Positions 1 to 16,576 of a stretch of 64,000 bases of DNA are shown here, piece by piece. The notes under the pieces were generated by a model. It had not been told where the DNA came from. It did no database searches and saw only the letters and a program-made list of their open reading frames with translations. The DNA is from the human T2T-CHM13v2.0 reference genome, Homo sapiens, in NCBI RefSeq assembly GCF_009914755.1, contig NC_060927.1. One strand, written 5' to 3'. The stretch's first letter is position 1. The number at the start of each line of letters is the position of its first letter. The translations under genes and the position numbers were made by a program.

Positions 1-471
1 GGGAAAGGAGATCAGAGTGGGTGAAGCAGAGAGGACAATGAAGAGGGTGGTATAAGATAAAGGAGAAAGATGTGCAAAGGCCGGGCCACGGAAAGCTGTC
101 TGGGCTAGGATCAGGGGCTTGGATTTTATTCTAAGAACCATGAGAAGCCACTGAAAGTATCTAAATAAGGGTGTAACATGATGTGCTTTGGATTTGTTAA
201 AATCACTCTGACTATGGTATGAAGTCAATTTTGGAGGCTGCAAGAGTGGAAGCCTACAGGTTCCTGTAATCTGTCCCACTATCCACTCAGTGATGGTTCT
301 GACTCTCATCACGGCCTGACCATACAGGAGGGTCTCCAGCTCTGCCTTTGAAGATATGCACACTGCAGGCATAACACAAGAAATAGAACCTGTGCCCTTA
401 CAGAGCTTTAGAATGAATCCCAGATACAGCAAAGTACTGATACTTTAGGTAATGATAAAATGGTGCATTGA

Positions 472-949
<478 letters not shown>

Positions 950-1374
950 TGATGTGTGTGGTGGAGTGGAGGGCGTGGGGACTGAAATGCTGGATCTCTC
1001 CAAAGCATAGAGGATGAGAAGGGAGGTGATGACCAATGACCCTTAAGTGGTCTGTTAATGCTTAGTGAATGAATAAGTAAGTGGCAAGACACACAAGCTA
1101 AGAGTAAGAGAATTTCATTCTAACTTTTCTAGTTCTTTAATTGCCATTCAAGAGCTTAAACCATACGGCAGATGACAACCTGATACATGAGTCAAAGTCA
1201 GCTCAGGAAACATTTAACAGGGTTCCTGACATAAAATGCCTAAAATATACAGAATTTTGAAAGTTATGACAACTGAGGTAATAATGAAGTAACGTTAAGG
1301 GCTGAGTATATTAATTTTAAAAAAGAAAAAGGGGTTTTATGGGCCTGGTCTGGTATGTTAAGTTTGTTGTCGAC

Positions 1375-1677
1375 TTTTCTTTTTTTAAGAATAAGGGTCT
1401 CGCTTGTTCTGTTGCCCAGGCAGGAGTGCAGTGGCCAGTCATAGCTCACTGCAGCCTCAAATTCCCAGGCTCAAGCAATCGTCCTGCCTCAGCCTCCCAA
1501 GTAGTTGAGATTACAGGCATGTGCCATCATGCCCAGCTAATTAAAAAAAAATTTTTTTTAGAGACAGGGTCTTGCTATGTTGCCAAGGCTGGACTTGAAC
1601 TCCTGGACTCAAGTAATCCTCCTGCTCCACCATCCGAAAGCGTTAGGATTACAGGCATGAGCCACCATTCCCAGGCT
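1375..1677 (-). mobile_element. Alu (AluJ-like)
   Basis: atagctcactgcagcctc and gggtcttgctatgttgcc diagnostics. Confidence 0.9.
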
Positions 1678-1957
1678 CTATTTTTTTTTTCTTTTTGGCT
1701 TGGTGATGAGGTTTTGGTCAATTTACTGAGTACCTACTGCATGCCAAGCATGTATTAATTAAACATCGCGGGTGAAGAGATCTGTAGACGTGGTTATTGT
1801 CCTAGAGGAATTCATGAAGTTGACTGACATATGTATGACCATCAAAGACTGTGCTTTCACACTTGAATTACTATGATAAAAAATGAGGCATAAATGAAGT
1901 GGATTTGTTTTGTGGCTTAAGCATAGGAATTTGTTTTCTGCACACAGTCTCAGTCTC

Positions 1958-1960
<3 letters not shown>

Positions 1961-1996
<36 letters not shown>
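1961..1996. repeat. (CT)18 microsatellite followed by short TA/TAGA repeats
   Basis: Direct read. Confidence 0.95.
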
Positions 1997-2004
<8 letters not shown>

Positions 2005-2174
2005 AATATATAGATAGATGGATAGATCTGGAGTATGGGCCTAATTGCTATTTTTGGGCAACAGAAAGTGGGAGATCCTGCACCCTACAGTGAGTTTCCA
2101 CTTTCCACTGCTGATTTATATTTTTTACCTGTAACCTCCCTGTCCAAGGTACAGAGATTCTTATTCTCTGTACC

Positions 2175-3083
2175 TTTGCTCTCAGTACATGAGGCATATG
2201 TGGTTACAGAGCCCTTAAAATGTGACTAGTCTGAATTGAGATATGCTGTAAGTATAAAATACATACACAGTTTCAAAGACCTACTATACAAAAACATTTC
2301 ATTAATTTTTTTTATATTGATTGCATGTTGAAATGATAATATGTTGAATACATTGGGGTAAATGAAATGTATTATTAAAATTAATTTCATCTGTTTCTTT
2401 TTAGTTTTTAAAATATGGCTATTAAGAAAATGTAAAATTATTATGGGGTTTCCATTTATGGCTTTTATGATACAGTCAGCTCTACTATAATGCTTATTTT
2501 GAAAATGGAAATTTGTTCCAACATGACCGACATATTGAGAATATGATTTGAATATAACATAAATATTGTGTTTGCTTACATCTGCAAGAAACGCTAGGTG
2601 AACACTTCAGAAAACTACACCTGCCTGAACCGAGCTGTGTGGAAATACACAAAATGCTAACACACCTCAAAATCCACCAGCTACCTCAGTTTACTATACA
2701 TGTTCAACAGCACACCTGCCTACATCTGGGGCTGCAACTTTTCACCCAGTTTAGGATAGCCCTCCTCCCACTGCTTCCCAATCACTCGTAAGCAGCAACC
2801 CTTCCGAGGCCACTTCCACAGGCAAAGCCAAGGTCTTTCACAAGGTAAACTGCAATATTTATTGTAGTATTTATGTATTTCTTAGCCATTTAAAATATGT
2901 AAAACCAGGCTACTCTTTTTACTAGGTTCCTGTCTTTTTTTATTATGGGTCGCTGACAAGGTTTCTGAATATTATGTCCCTAACCCCACTCTCTTCATAA
3001 GCCCTGTAGTTTTTGTTGTGAGATTTTGCATATCATGGTATTTTTCAGAAATGCCTCTGGCTGTATTTCTACTAGATAGGGCT
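2175..3083. mobile_element. MER33-like hAT element interrupted by a TcMar-Tigger-like (Tigger6-like) insertion at ~2473-3063
   Basis: MER33 motifs ctagtctgaattgagatatgctgtaagtataaaatac and terminal tatttctactagatagggctg; the insert starts ta|cagtcagctctactataa. Confidence 0.55.
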
Positions 3084-4237
3084 GAGCTACAGAACTTCAG
3101 TTCCCAAAGCACATTCTGGCATCTCAATAATACTTTTCAGCCACCTGCTTAATAGAAGCCTAGATCTTTCTTTAAAATAATTTTTTAAAGCTGTATTTCT
3201 ACAGAACTGTAGGGCCACACACCATATAATCTATATTTATATGGCTAGTGATGACTTTGATTTAATAACGTTCCTGCTAACATTGCTGTAAACCTGAAAA
3301 CAACTGTTATACGTTTATGAGCAATGCTGAGGGGAATGAAATAAATAAGCGGTCTTGCTGCTTTGAGGAAAACATGCTTCGTTTATGAATAAGATGGACG
3401 GCATGACGCTTTAGGAGCGGTCTTCCTTCAAATCCCGGGGCCACAATTACTATGACATCACTGGAGAAGTACTGGAGCCTGGGATTCCTGCCTCTGAGAT
3501 GATGACGCTTTATTATTTTTCTTTTTTTTTTTTCTGAAGCCAGGCATCATCCTAGCACTGTCAGAATGGACCCTGGGGGCTTCATTGGAAAACCCATGTA
3601 GAATATGGACTCACTTAAACACAGACACTTCCTTAAAAGCTTTTGGTTCGATGTGAATGTAAGTCATTTTGATTACTCAATTTCTATATTTATTAGGAAT
3701 GATAAACCAAAGTACTTGAAAATAATTTCAGTGGCAATGAACTGTGGCACTCGATCGATGGGGGACACGGCAGTCAATTACCCTTTCACTTTATTTTGGT
3801 CCTTGGCAATCAGTTGGGATCAATACTCTCAATCTCGATTGATAGCAGAGTGCAAATCACAAATAATTTTTGTAAGTGGCCTGTCACCGTGTGTGCAGGC
3901 AGCTACAACAGGTCCTGAGCCGTCCCCTGCACTTCCACGTGGGTAATCAGGACCAGGTATGGCTGTCGCAGTAAAAGCACCTGTCATTTCAGCATGAGTA
4001 GCTGCCGACGGCCTCTTCAGCCTGAGCGGATGTTTAGCATCACGGCTGCATCTCCTTACAGCCTAGTCTGTCATATTCAAATTTTAGCTGCCTGAAATCA
4101 TCTCAAGTCGGAAACTTGGTAAAATCAATTAACTGAGCAAAAGGAAGGAACTGGAAGGCAAATCATGCAAAACTCAACAAGGAAAAAGAAGGGAAGAATT
4201 ATAACCTGGGGATTAATACACATACATTCTAAATACG

Positions 4238-4544
<307 letters not shown>

Positions 4545-4832
4545 TAAATGTGCTTTAAAAAGGGAAAGGAGGAGAGCTTTTCCTAAAGGGGCAGCCCCTG
4601 GAGGAAGGCTTATCTAACTCATCCCCTCACATCTTCTTTAGGGTAGCAGAAAGACCCCTGAGTTGCAAGTGAGATCCCTTCAGCTCTGCCATGCAGAAGC
4701 TGAGTGACCCAAGATAAAAACATGCCACCACTTCCCCTCTAGAAGGTAAAGTAAACTTTCATGAAATTATCAGGTTGGATTAGGTTGATGGTTTGCAAAC
4801 TGTGTTCCCTGGGGTACTTTGCACTTCACAGA

Positions 4833-4940
4833 AAGGAGAAAGAGGGGGAGGAGGGGGAAAAGGGAGAAGGAAGGAAGGAAGGATGGGAGGGAGAGAGGGA
4901 GGGAGAAAAAGAAGGATGTAGGAAAGAGTTGAGAGGAAAG
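4833..4940. repeat. GA-rich low-complexity tract
   Basis: Almost pure purine. Confidence 0.85.
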
Positions 4941-5039
4941 CCAAAATACTCCTCACTCCATATAAACAAGAGCTGCTCTGTTTATTTTTGTTTGGTCATA
5001 TGGCTTTATGTAAGATTTTGTTAGAAGGGGCAGCCTAAT

Positions 5040-5285
5040 TAGCGTCTGAGATCCTGAAAGACTAGAAACAGTTTGCCTGGGTATATATCCCAGCTTCCTC
5101 TTTCTAGCTGGGTGACCCTGGACAAGTGACCTAACCGCTCTGTGCCTCAGTTTCCACACATGAGATATTGCCATAACCTACTCTAATGAGGTGGTTATGA
5201 AGACTAAATACATTCATATTTGCAGTATACCTGGAGCAGTGCCTGGCATGTAGCAAGCACTATAGAAAGGTTTATTAAGTAAATA
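5040..5285. mobile_element. MIR
   Basis: Core gtgaccctggacaagtgacctaaccgctctgtgcctcagtttcc. Confidence 0.8.
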
Positions 5286-6434
5286 GAGCTGTGCGCTGCC
5301 TTTGAAAAAGTTTTATAACTACAGCTCTAAATTAGGAGTCCCTAAACTATTTTGACCTCATGTTTTTGTTGGAAAAGAAATTCTGAACATACAATTCCCA
5401 TGTGTGTACACTTGTACACATACACATCCTATTGTTCTCATGTATTTTGTATTTGGAGGCATGCAAACAATTCTGGGATGGGCATAAAGTGGGGACATGA
5501 ATAGTGAGTGAAATGAGACCTATTGCCTTGATTCTCCTCCAATGGTCTGGGTTCAGAATGCTTTGCACTTGAAGCTTGTCTCAGGCCTCCAGAGAAAGTA
5601 GTTGGGTGAGTCCTGATTGAGCACACTTTGCAAAGTCATGGCAAAAATCTACTCACTTGTCTTCATTTCCATTCAAGATGGGATGCTCTGAGCATTCCCA
5701 AGCATGAAGTGAGCACCTTCTGTGTGCCTTGGAGGCAGAAAAAAAAAAAAAAAACAACAACGCAAGATGAGTTATCTGGTCCTACACAACAGGTGAGCCA
5801 TGTTATGAACTACAAATACTAAAAACCCTGGCCACACACCCTACACTTGAGGATCTCTCACAGAAGGTCCATTCTAGCGTGTAAAAGAGAAGACTCTCAT
5901 GAAGACAGGAATCGTCTTTTACGTTAGTATTCTAAGATTCAAAGCAATCTCTGGAATATCCAGGCTGGGAGTCCAGGTCCTTGTAGTCTGTGTGCAAGAG
6001 CATTTCCAAAAAGACCATGCTCAGTCGTAAAGAGCCATGGACATGCCATAGGACTCCCATATTTGGACCTTCTTGTTCTGGGCAGGTTTACCACTCATCC
6101 CTGTGGCCCATTTGGGATGCATGAATTTTCCAGACTTAATATGAGATCAGAGAAACCCTATTAGAAGCCTGCCACCTGCTATATGGAAGGAAAGACAGAA
6201 TCCAGGAACTATTAAGAAAGCATCACATAGACATGAAACATTTCATTTATACCATGATAAATGTCCAAGTCACTCTCCTCTATGGATGTTCTTAAGAGGT
6301 ACTGTTTCTCTCCAGAAGTAGCCTCCAGAGCTGATCATATGTATGTTATTGCAGTAGAACCATTCTGAGCTATCTGCTCAGCTGCCACCAACCTGTAAGT
6401 GCCCACCTCATACACAGAGTGATGGTCGGGCAGC

Positions 6435-6600
6435 TATGTTGTTTCTACAGCTCTAACGTGCATACTCATGACCTGAGGATCTTGTGAAAATGGAGATTCT
6501 GATTCAGTAGGTCAGGGGGTGGCCTGAGAGTCAGTATTTCCAACAAACTCCCAGATGAGATGCTATCGCTGGTCCAGGGACCAGTTTGAGTGACCAAGTT
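6435..6600. mobile_element. MER5A-like hAT-Charlie
   Basis: gattctgattcagtaggtc...ctggtccagggacca. Confidence 0.7.
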
Positions 6601-6609
6601 GTTCATAAC

Positions 6610-7337
6610 TCCACATCCTGGCCCCAGTTGATTGGACTCGGAGTAACTACCTGCAAACTGAACCAATCAGCCTCACTCCCTGAATTTAGAATTGGGTCAA
6701 AGAGGTTCTTTTCCTGCCAGGATGGTCTCTCAAATGTAGAGAGATGTAAAAACTCAGGAGCTGTGGGGGTGACCATGTTCTGCTATGTGGATTGAGAAAA
6801 CAGGAAACCAGGAGGCAGAGAGGAAAAGCTGGGAAGGCGTGAGAGATAAATGACACACAAGGGAACTGCTTGGGCCCCAGCTTTTAATTCCTAGGTCCAG
6901 ATCTTGCATTTCTGTCACTTGGGCTCCACAGGACACCACTTTATCATTATAATAATTTTCTCTTTTTTATTTTATTTTATCTTAGAGACAGAGTCTCGCT
7001 CTGTGGCCCAGGCTGAAGTGCAATGGGGTGATCATAGCTCAGTGCAGTCTTGAACTCCTGGGCTCAAAGGAGATCCTCCTGCCTCAGCTGAGTAGCTGGG
7101 AATCAGTGCATGCCGCCATGCCCAGCTAATGTTTTTAAACATTTTTGTAGAGATGGGGTCTTGCTATGTGGCCCGGGCTGGTCTTGAACTCCTGGGTTCA
7201 AGCCTTCACCCTCCTCGGCCTCCCAAAGTCCTGTGAGCACATGAATAAGCCACTGTGCCCAGGCTTTTTCACTTTTTTACTTAAGCTTGTTGTAAAGTGC
7301 CTTCTGTTACTTGCAACCACAGGGTCCTAACTATACA
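6610..7337. mobile_element. MLT1-like ERVL-MaLR LTR remnant, host of an Alu
   Basis: Terminal ttctgttacttgcaacc...cctaactataca. Confidence 0.55.
6956..7265 (-). mobile_element. Alu (AluJ-like)
   Basis: Diverged dimer. Confidence 0.9.
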
Positions 7338-8249
7338 ATTTTATAGACTATAAACTGTTACTGAGGATAAATCCTGGTTCTTTTAATCTCAGACTTCAGC
7401 AAGAGCACATCAGAGTTGCTTGTTAGATAATTGATGATTGAATGAATGAACGTGATGCCTCAGGCGTGATGTTCTCTACAGCTTCCCTGTGCCCAGATTT
7501 AGAGAAACTCTTTTAATTCCTGTCTCACTGTCAATCCTAGAAATCCAATCGTGAACACAACACATTGACTGCTGATTTTTCTATTTATGCCTTCTATCCC
7601 CTCGACACTCTAATTTCATTCTTCATATCTGGCAAGGGAAAAAGGGACTTGGGGAAGGTGTATTTCCCCTTTAAATACCATGAAAGTTATGAATATATCT
7701 CTCCAAAACTGCCAAAATAATTGTTTCATTTACAGAACTGAAATTCTCCAGGGAGCGTCCCAGCGATGTTCGAAACTGCTAACATCAGATATGCAGAAAA
7801 CAAATATGGAGTGAACCATATGCTCCCAATCCTGAATTTAGCATCTCAGTGCAACAAAAACTTACATTTCAATCACTTTCCATCAGTTTTGTGTTATGAG
7901 TATGCACAGGGTTAAGGCTGGATGGAAGCCACCGGCCTGGAACCTTCTGTGGAGAAGGGCTCTGTCTGCACAGCCTGGGGCTCCAGCACAAGTTGCCATT
8001 TGGAGAGTTCACTTTAAATTAACACGTATAGGCTGCAGATCCCCAGTCAAAGGGGAAACCTGAGAAGGCACTGGCTATGTGATTGCAGAAGGGGAAGTTG
8101 CCAAATTTCTCCCTCTTCTTTTTTATTACTACTCAAAAAGTCCTGTTGCTTGCGGGGGGATTGGGGTATGGCCAGGAGTTTCCATTATGAAAACAATATG
8201 TAAGAAGGACTCGCAGAGCCGCAGCTTGGCGTGATGATGATGATGATGG

Positions 8250-8410
8250 TAGCAAATATTTACAGATTCTAGGTTCTCCACACTATTCTTAGCACCTTAC
8301 ATATGTTTTAACTCATTTAATCTTCCAAAATAATCCTATCATTCATGTATCATTGTTATCCCCATTTTACAGATGAGGAAGCTAAGGCTCAGAAAGATGG
8401 AGTAACATAC
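8250..8410. mobile_element. MIR
   Basis: cccattttacagatgaggaagctaaggctcaga. Confidence 0.8.
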
Positions 8411-8539
8411 TAATTAGGTGTAGTGGAACAGCTATTGCTTTTTCCTGCCAGCAGCCATTGCCCCTCTTCTGCTAATAGTGACTCAATTTTCCTTTGGAGA
8501 ACCAACCCCACCCTTACCCTCTGCACATTGTTCACATTG

Positions 8540-8891
<352 letters not shown>

Positions 8892-9920
8892 TAGGGCCAA
8901 AAGGTCCTATCTAATTCAGTCATTGTTGGACTGTTAGGTACCACAAACAGGCACTGGTCTTTTTCATCCCAGACTCTAGCACTGGGCACAATTTAGGTAC
9001 CCAGTAAATATCTGAAGGGCAAACAAATGAAGGTAGCATACCAGGTGTAATATATTGGTGTGAATATTTCCTGCAATGGCTGTGCGCTTAAGAGGTGTCC
9101 TGATTGGTTGATTCTGGGTCACATGTTTACCCTAGACCAATCAGGAGCTGTCCTAGTATGTGAATGAAATGACACACGGATAGAAGCTTTCTTGAGCTGA
9201 GTCATCCTGACCCTTGTGCCCTAGTGAGGTTGTCGTATCTATCTTGGACCTCACTCTGGCTGCTGTGCTTTCCAGGTCCAATGTTCGGCTTTTCCTTCTG
9301 TTCTCTGAAATATCCCTTAGCTCACACAAAATTCCCTTTTTGCTTAACTGAGTCAGAGTTGGTTTCTATTACTTGCGACTGAATTGCCCTGCATTCTAGC
9401 TGTAATATTTGTACCGTTCATGACATGGCTAGACCCAGAAAATTTAACTACAGGGGCACATGGCAGGGCTGAAGGCCCAGGACCTGGGTAAAGCCACTGG
9501 CATGGTTTACTCATTTATTCAACAAACATCATTCACTGAGTGCCTCCATGAGCCTGGAACTGAACTAGGCCTCTTCTCTAGCTTTTTCCTTTCAATCATC
9601 ACAATACAATGACATAGATATTATCATGCCCACTTTTCAGTGAGGAAACTGAGGCTCGAACACAAACATAGTGAGTGAAATAGCCAGTACTAGAATCATG
9701 TCTTCTTGAGACCAAAGCAAGTGCTCATACCATGATACTGCACAGTCTGAGGGAATGGGAGCTGGGCTCACTGGCAGGGCTGAGAAATCCAGTTGCTAGG
9801 TCTTGGGCAAAAGGGCAGCGAAGAAGTGAATGGAGGCTGAATTCTGTGCAGGTTAAACTAGTTCGAAGGATGGGGACCTTAGACCAAGTAAGTTATTATA
9901 CACTGAATTATTCAATGACA

Positions 9921-10264
<344 letters not shown>

Positions 10265-10469
10265 TGACTTTTTCACTTAAATAGAATACTGTCTCATTTA
10301 AGCAGAAATCTTGTCGGAGGCAATAAGGGCCCTAGGAATTTGCTGAGTCTCCCAAATCTCCCTTACCTCCATGCTCCAAGTACTCCAAATCTCCTACCAT
10401 CATGGTCCAACATGCATATACAATCTCTTCTGTAAGAATCTGCTCACGATAGACTTAAAACTCATTACA

Positions 10470-11095
10470 ACTCATTAAGGATAGTTGAAAAAATTTAAGT
10501 TGAAGAGCAATAAATGACATCGCACAGCCAAATAGAATCTTCTTTCCTTGATAGAGTGAACAGTGGATGTTTTCGCCCTCGCCACATCCATTTCACCTTC
10601 TTTTGATTTCCCTTTGAGTAAACCTGGCACTTGCTCCACGGGGGGCTTAGTGGGGCTGACCTTAATTCCTCCTCTCTCCTTAGGTGCAGGATGGGCATGT
10701 GATTTGGATCTGCCAAACAAATGACTTCTATCCCCCGAGCTACACCATTTGGTTCATCTGCTGGTCTTATGTGACTCAGTCCTGGAAATTTTGCTGGGCT
10801 ACTGATAAAAAGAAACTCTCCTTTCCCTGAGATTATCATCAGCTACAACAGCTATAAGGAAGACACAATCCTAGAGCTGCCCAGGAACAAAGCCAACACA
10901 GGAGGTGGCAGAGTTGCTGAGAAGTAGAGAGGAGAATGAACACTCATTGCATCCTTTGAGTGACCGAATACAGTCATACCTAAAGTCCATGCCTTGAATT
11001 TGGTAGTTTCAAAGAAAGCCAGAAGTTTCCTTCTATTCTTATGCAAGCTGAGTTGGGTCTCTGAATCTCACACTCAAAAGAGCTCATAGTAATAC
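10470..11095. mobile_element. MLT1-like LTR remnant
   Basis: ggatgttttcgccctcgccacatccatttcacc...gctgagttgggtctctgaatctc pattern. Confidence 0.55.
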
Positions 11096-11195
11096 CATAA
11101 ATTCAACCACATGTTTTGGAATTGCATTGACCTAGCCCGACTTGCTCCTGTATTTTCCCAAATCTTACTCAAGTGGCCTAAGATTTACTAATCTG

Positions 11196-11660
11196 AATGG
11201 ATGGAACTGGAGATCATTATGTTAAGTGAAATAAGTCAGGCACAGAAAGACAAACATCGCATGTTCTCACTTATTTGTGGGATCTAAAAATCAAAACAAT
11301 CGAATTCATGGACATAGAGAATAGAAGTATGGTTACCGGAGACTGGGAAGGATAGTGGGGCATGGGAGGGCGGGGAAGATAGGGATGGTTAATGAGTACA
11401 GAAAAATAGAATGAATAAAACTTACTGCTTGACAGCACAATAGGGTGACTATGGTCAAAAATAACTATACATTTAAAAATAAAGGGTGTTATTGAATTGT
11501 TTGTAACTCACAGGATAAATGCTTGAGGTGACAGATACCCCATTCTCCATGATGTGCTTATTTCACATTGCATACCTATATCAAAACTTCTCATTTACCA
11601 CATAAATTATATATATCTACTATGTACCCCCCCAAAAAAAATGTAAAAATTAAAAAAATA
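11196..11660 (+). mobile_element. L1MA-like 3' end, 5'-truncated
   Basis: tggatggaactggagatcattatgttaagtgaaataagtcaggcacagaaagacaaac; TSD agatttactaatctg (11181-11195) / agattcactaatttg (11988-12002). Confidence 0.85.
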
Positions 11661-11954
11661 GGTTGGGCATGGTAGCTCACTCCTGTAATCCCAGCACTTT
11701 GGGAGGCTGAGGCAGGCAGATCACTTGAGGTCAGGAGTTCGACACCAGCCCGGCCAACATGGTGAAACCCTGTCTCTACTAAAAAATATAAAAATTAGCC
11801 AGGCATGGTGGTGCACACCTTTAGCCCCAGCTACTTGGGAGGCTGAGGCACAAGAATCACTTGAACCTCAAGTTGCAGGGAGCCAAGATCACACCACTAT
11901 ACTTCAGCCTGGGTGAAAGAGCGAGACTCCGACTAAAACTAATAATAATAATAA
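11661..11954 (+). mobile_element. Alu (AluS-like) inserted in the L1MA poly(A) tail
   Basis: Sense Alu with a small right-arm deletion and an (AAT)n tail. Confidence 0.92.
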
Positions 11955-12179
11955 TTATTATTATTATTTTAAAAAATGAAAAAAACGAGATTCACTAATT
12001 TGCTAATCTTGCTTGTTTTTACTTCATGTGCTTAACTTCATGTGCCTGGGAGTTAAATGTTTCAACATAAGAAAAGGAAAAACACAATTCATTCCAAATG
12101 GGAATTCATTAGATAACTCAATTCTCTGTAGTAAGCCCAATTAATGATGTTTAGAAAAAAATAATTATGTGCCTTGCAC

Positions 12180-13700
<1,521 letters not shown>

Positions 13701-16200
13701 TGCATACAATTCCCATTGATTCGACTGAATGTTTGACTTAGCTTCTCTCACTCCAGTGCAGCCCAGAAAATGAACATGGTGCAAGACACTGTACCCAGCA
13801 TAGAGTAATGCTTCAATCAATATTTATTAGGCTGAGCAACGAAACCTTTTGCCCTGTAGTTTGAAGGAACATTCATTCATTGAACAAGAATTTTTAGAAC
13901 TACAAGCCTTTAAAATAAATACTTTTCTTTCTTGAAAATAAAAAGTCTCAATGAATTTTAAATACACTGGCACTTCTTTTGCAGTTTTCAGAAATAATGT
14001 TTGATTTGTGATCTCTTTGGCTGATGATTGTGCCAAAATCCAGTACCACCTGATACCATGCTGTGCTACATAAACAGAATGGGAGTGACGTGACCAGATG
14101 TGTTTTGTCAAGATGAGGACCAATCAGCTTGAGAAACAGGAGAAGAGCTTCTGTCTAAACCCAGGCATACAAGGTGTGTTTCAAAATTGCCAACCTTGAT
14201 TCAAATTACCCTCGTGGCATTTAAAGAAAAATGTGGTCATGCAAAGAGGTAAAATTATGGCTACCAAGATGAGACTCAGACAGCAATTTATCTTCAGCCA
14301 ACAAATGTTTTCTACACAGAATAATCTTCAAGTGCCAGTTCTTGATCATTTCAGTTACATGCAAGTATTTAGGAACTGCTGAGCCTAAGTGGGCAGCAGC
14401 CCTTTGGCATGTCTATGTGTGTAATGCATAACTGGGGTGTGGGAGACATTGGAATTTATCTTTGGGTGATAACATTGGAATCAGCTTCTCCAGCCATGCA
14501 GCCACAAGTATAGAAATACAGGGATATGTATTTGGTATGGGAAGATTTCAAAAGCCTCAGCTGTGTATTACATTCCCTTGGCATCTGTCTCCCATCACCT
14601 CTATAATTAACCATAGGTTATTAATCCACTAGTGCCATGGCTACAGACTTGAAGTTGAATGGAAACAGCCTCTTTGCCATAAGTAGAGGCTGTGAAATTC
14701 ATAGTCGAGAGGTACAAGATGGGCAAGTCTTCATATACTCCAGCTTCAGTGTTTCATTGAAAAGTGAAACCTGTTCACACTAAAATCATTAAATGTTTTC
14801 TCTCAGTCCTCATACCTTCTCAATTCACACTGGCTGTGTTGGTGGATGCAAAAGTATCTGAATTTGGCATTAATAATACTTCAAGAAACCAAACAGTTTC
14901 TGGAAGGCATATGAGAATCTTCAATTACTTGAGTTGTAATTTGAACTTTGAAAGCTAGGATATATTTGCCTACTTTGAAAAAAGATAACCTATCAGCTTA
15001 AAAGGCTGCTAATCCAAATCAAATTGTGAGGGAAACATTTAATTTCCCTGGTCCCCTAACTGTCATCGAGTTTGTTCATTTCCCATTAAGTCAGAGGAGG
15101 AAGGAACCAGTATTTCCCCATATTCTTTTTTTTGTTAGTTTTTGTTTACAGTGGAAAAATATATTCAGGATGGATTCCACAAAATACTTTCTTAACCTGG
15201 TACTATGCTGACTCACCACCCACCTCCAGAAGTGAATTTCCTTAGGGTATGAGGGCCTCCACCTATCTTCAGTGATGATAGGAAAAAACTATTTTAATTG
15301 CTATTGTATCATGAAAAGACTTATGGACCAAAATAAATGCAAAAATTCCTGCTTCTGAACGTTGGCAAAACACAAACTAGTCAATGAAGGAAACTAACAT
15401 GTCCTTAGTGACGCACCAACAGCATTTTCTAACAAACTCCACTGCAGAACTGAAAGCCAGAAATCTTTTCCAACACACAGAATAATTTCAATTGCCCTAG
15501 GGTTTTTGAATGAACCATATATTTGATGTAAAACCATAGTTCAGTGATGTGTCCCATTCTTTAAACTATTTTTAAGTTATCATAGCCCTATTAGACAATG
15601 CTGATGACCACTATTAGCTGAAAATTTAACCTTGACTTTCCCGCTACCTTGGCGTGGTGTATGTCATAATCCATTATCAGTTGGTGACTCTCACCACACA
15701 AGCTTATTTAGCCAAATGCACAGCTTTTCAGCAATTGCTCAGGAAATAATTAATGCAATAAAACGCTTTATATCTATTTAAAGGCCATCAACTCCTCTTC
15801 TTCCATTTTATCATTGGGAATGCATTATAAGACACAACATATTCTAGGGAGTCCAAGTGGAGATTTAAAAAATCTACATGGCATGACACGATCCATAAAT
15901 TGGTCGAACTACAGCAACTGCCTCTTAGCCTCTGAGTATTTAATCAAGCCTTCAATTCAGATAAGAAGGAATAACCTATTTCCTGCCAGAAGATATTAAG
16001 TGGTCTCAACACACAGTCCAGGTTTAGTAAACCTCTAGTGTATACAAATAAGAATCATGGTAGCTAAGATTGCAAATATGGTAGGTTAAGTTTCTTGATA
16101 GCCTTAAAGCTAAGGAGAATATGGAAGGCAGTGAGAAGTTATGAGACAATCTGGTCACCAGCATGGTTGTTGCTGGGTTTTAGAAACTATATGTTCTTGT

Positions 16201-16576
<376 letters not shown>

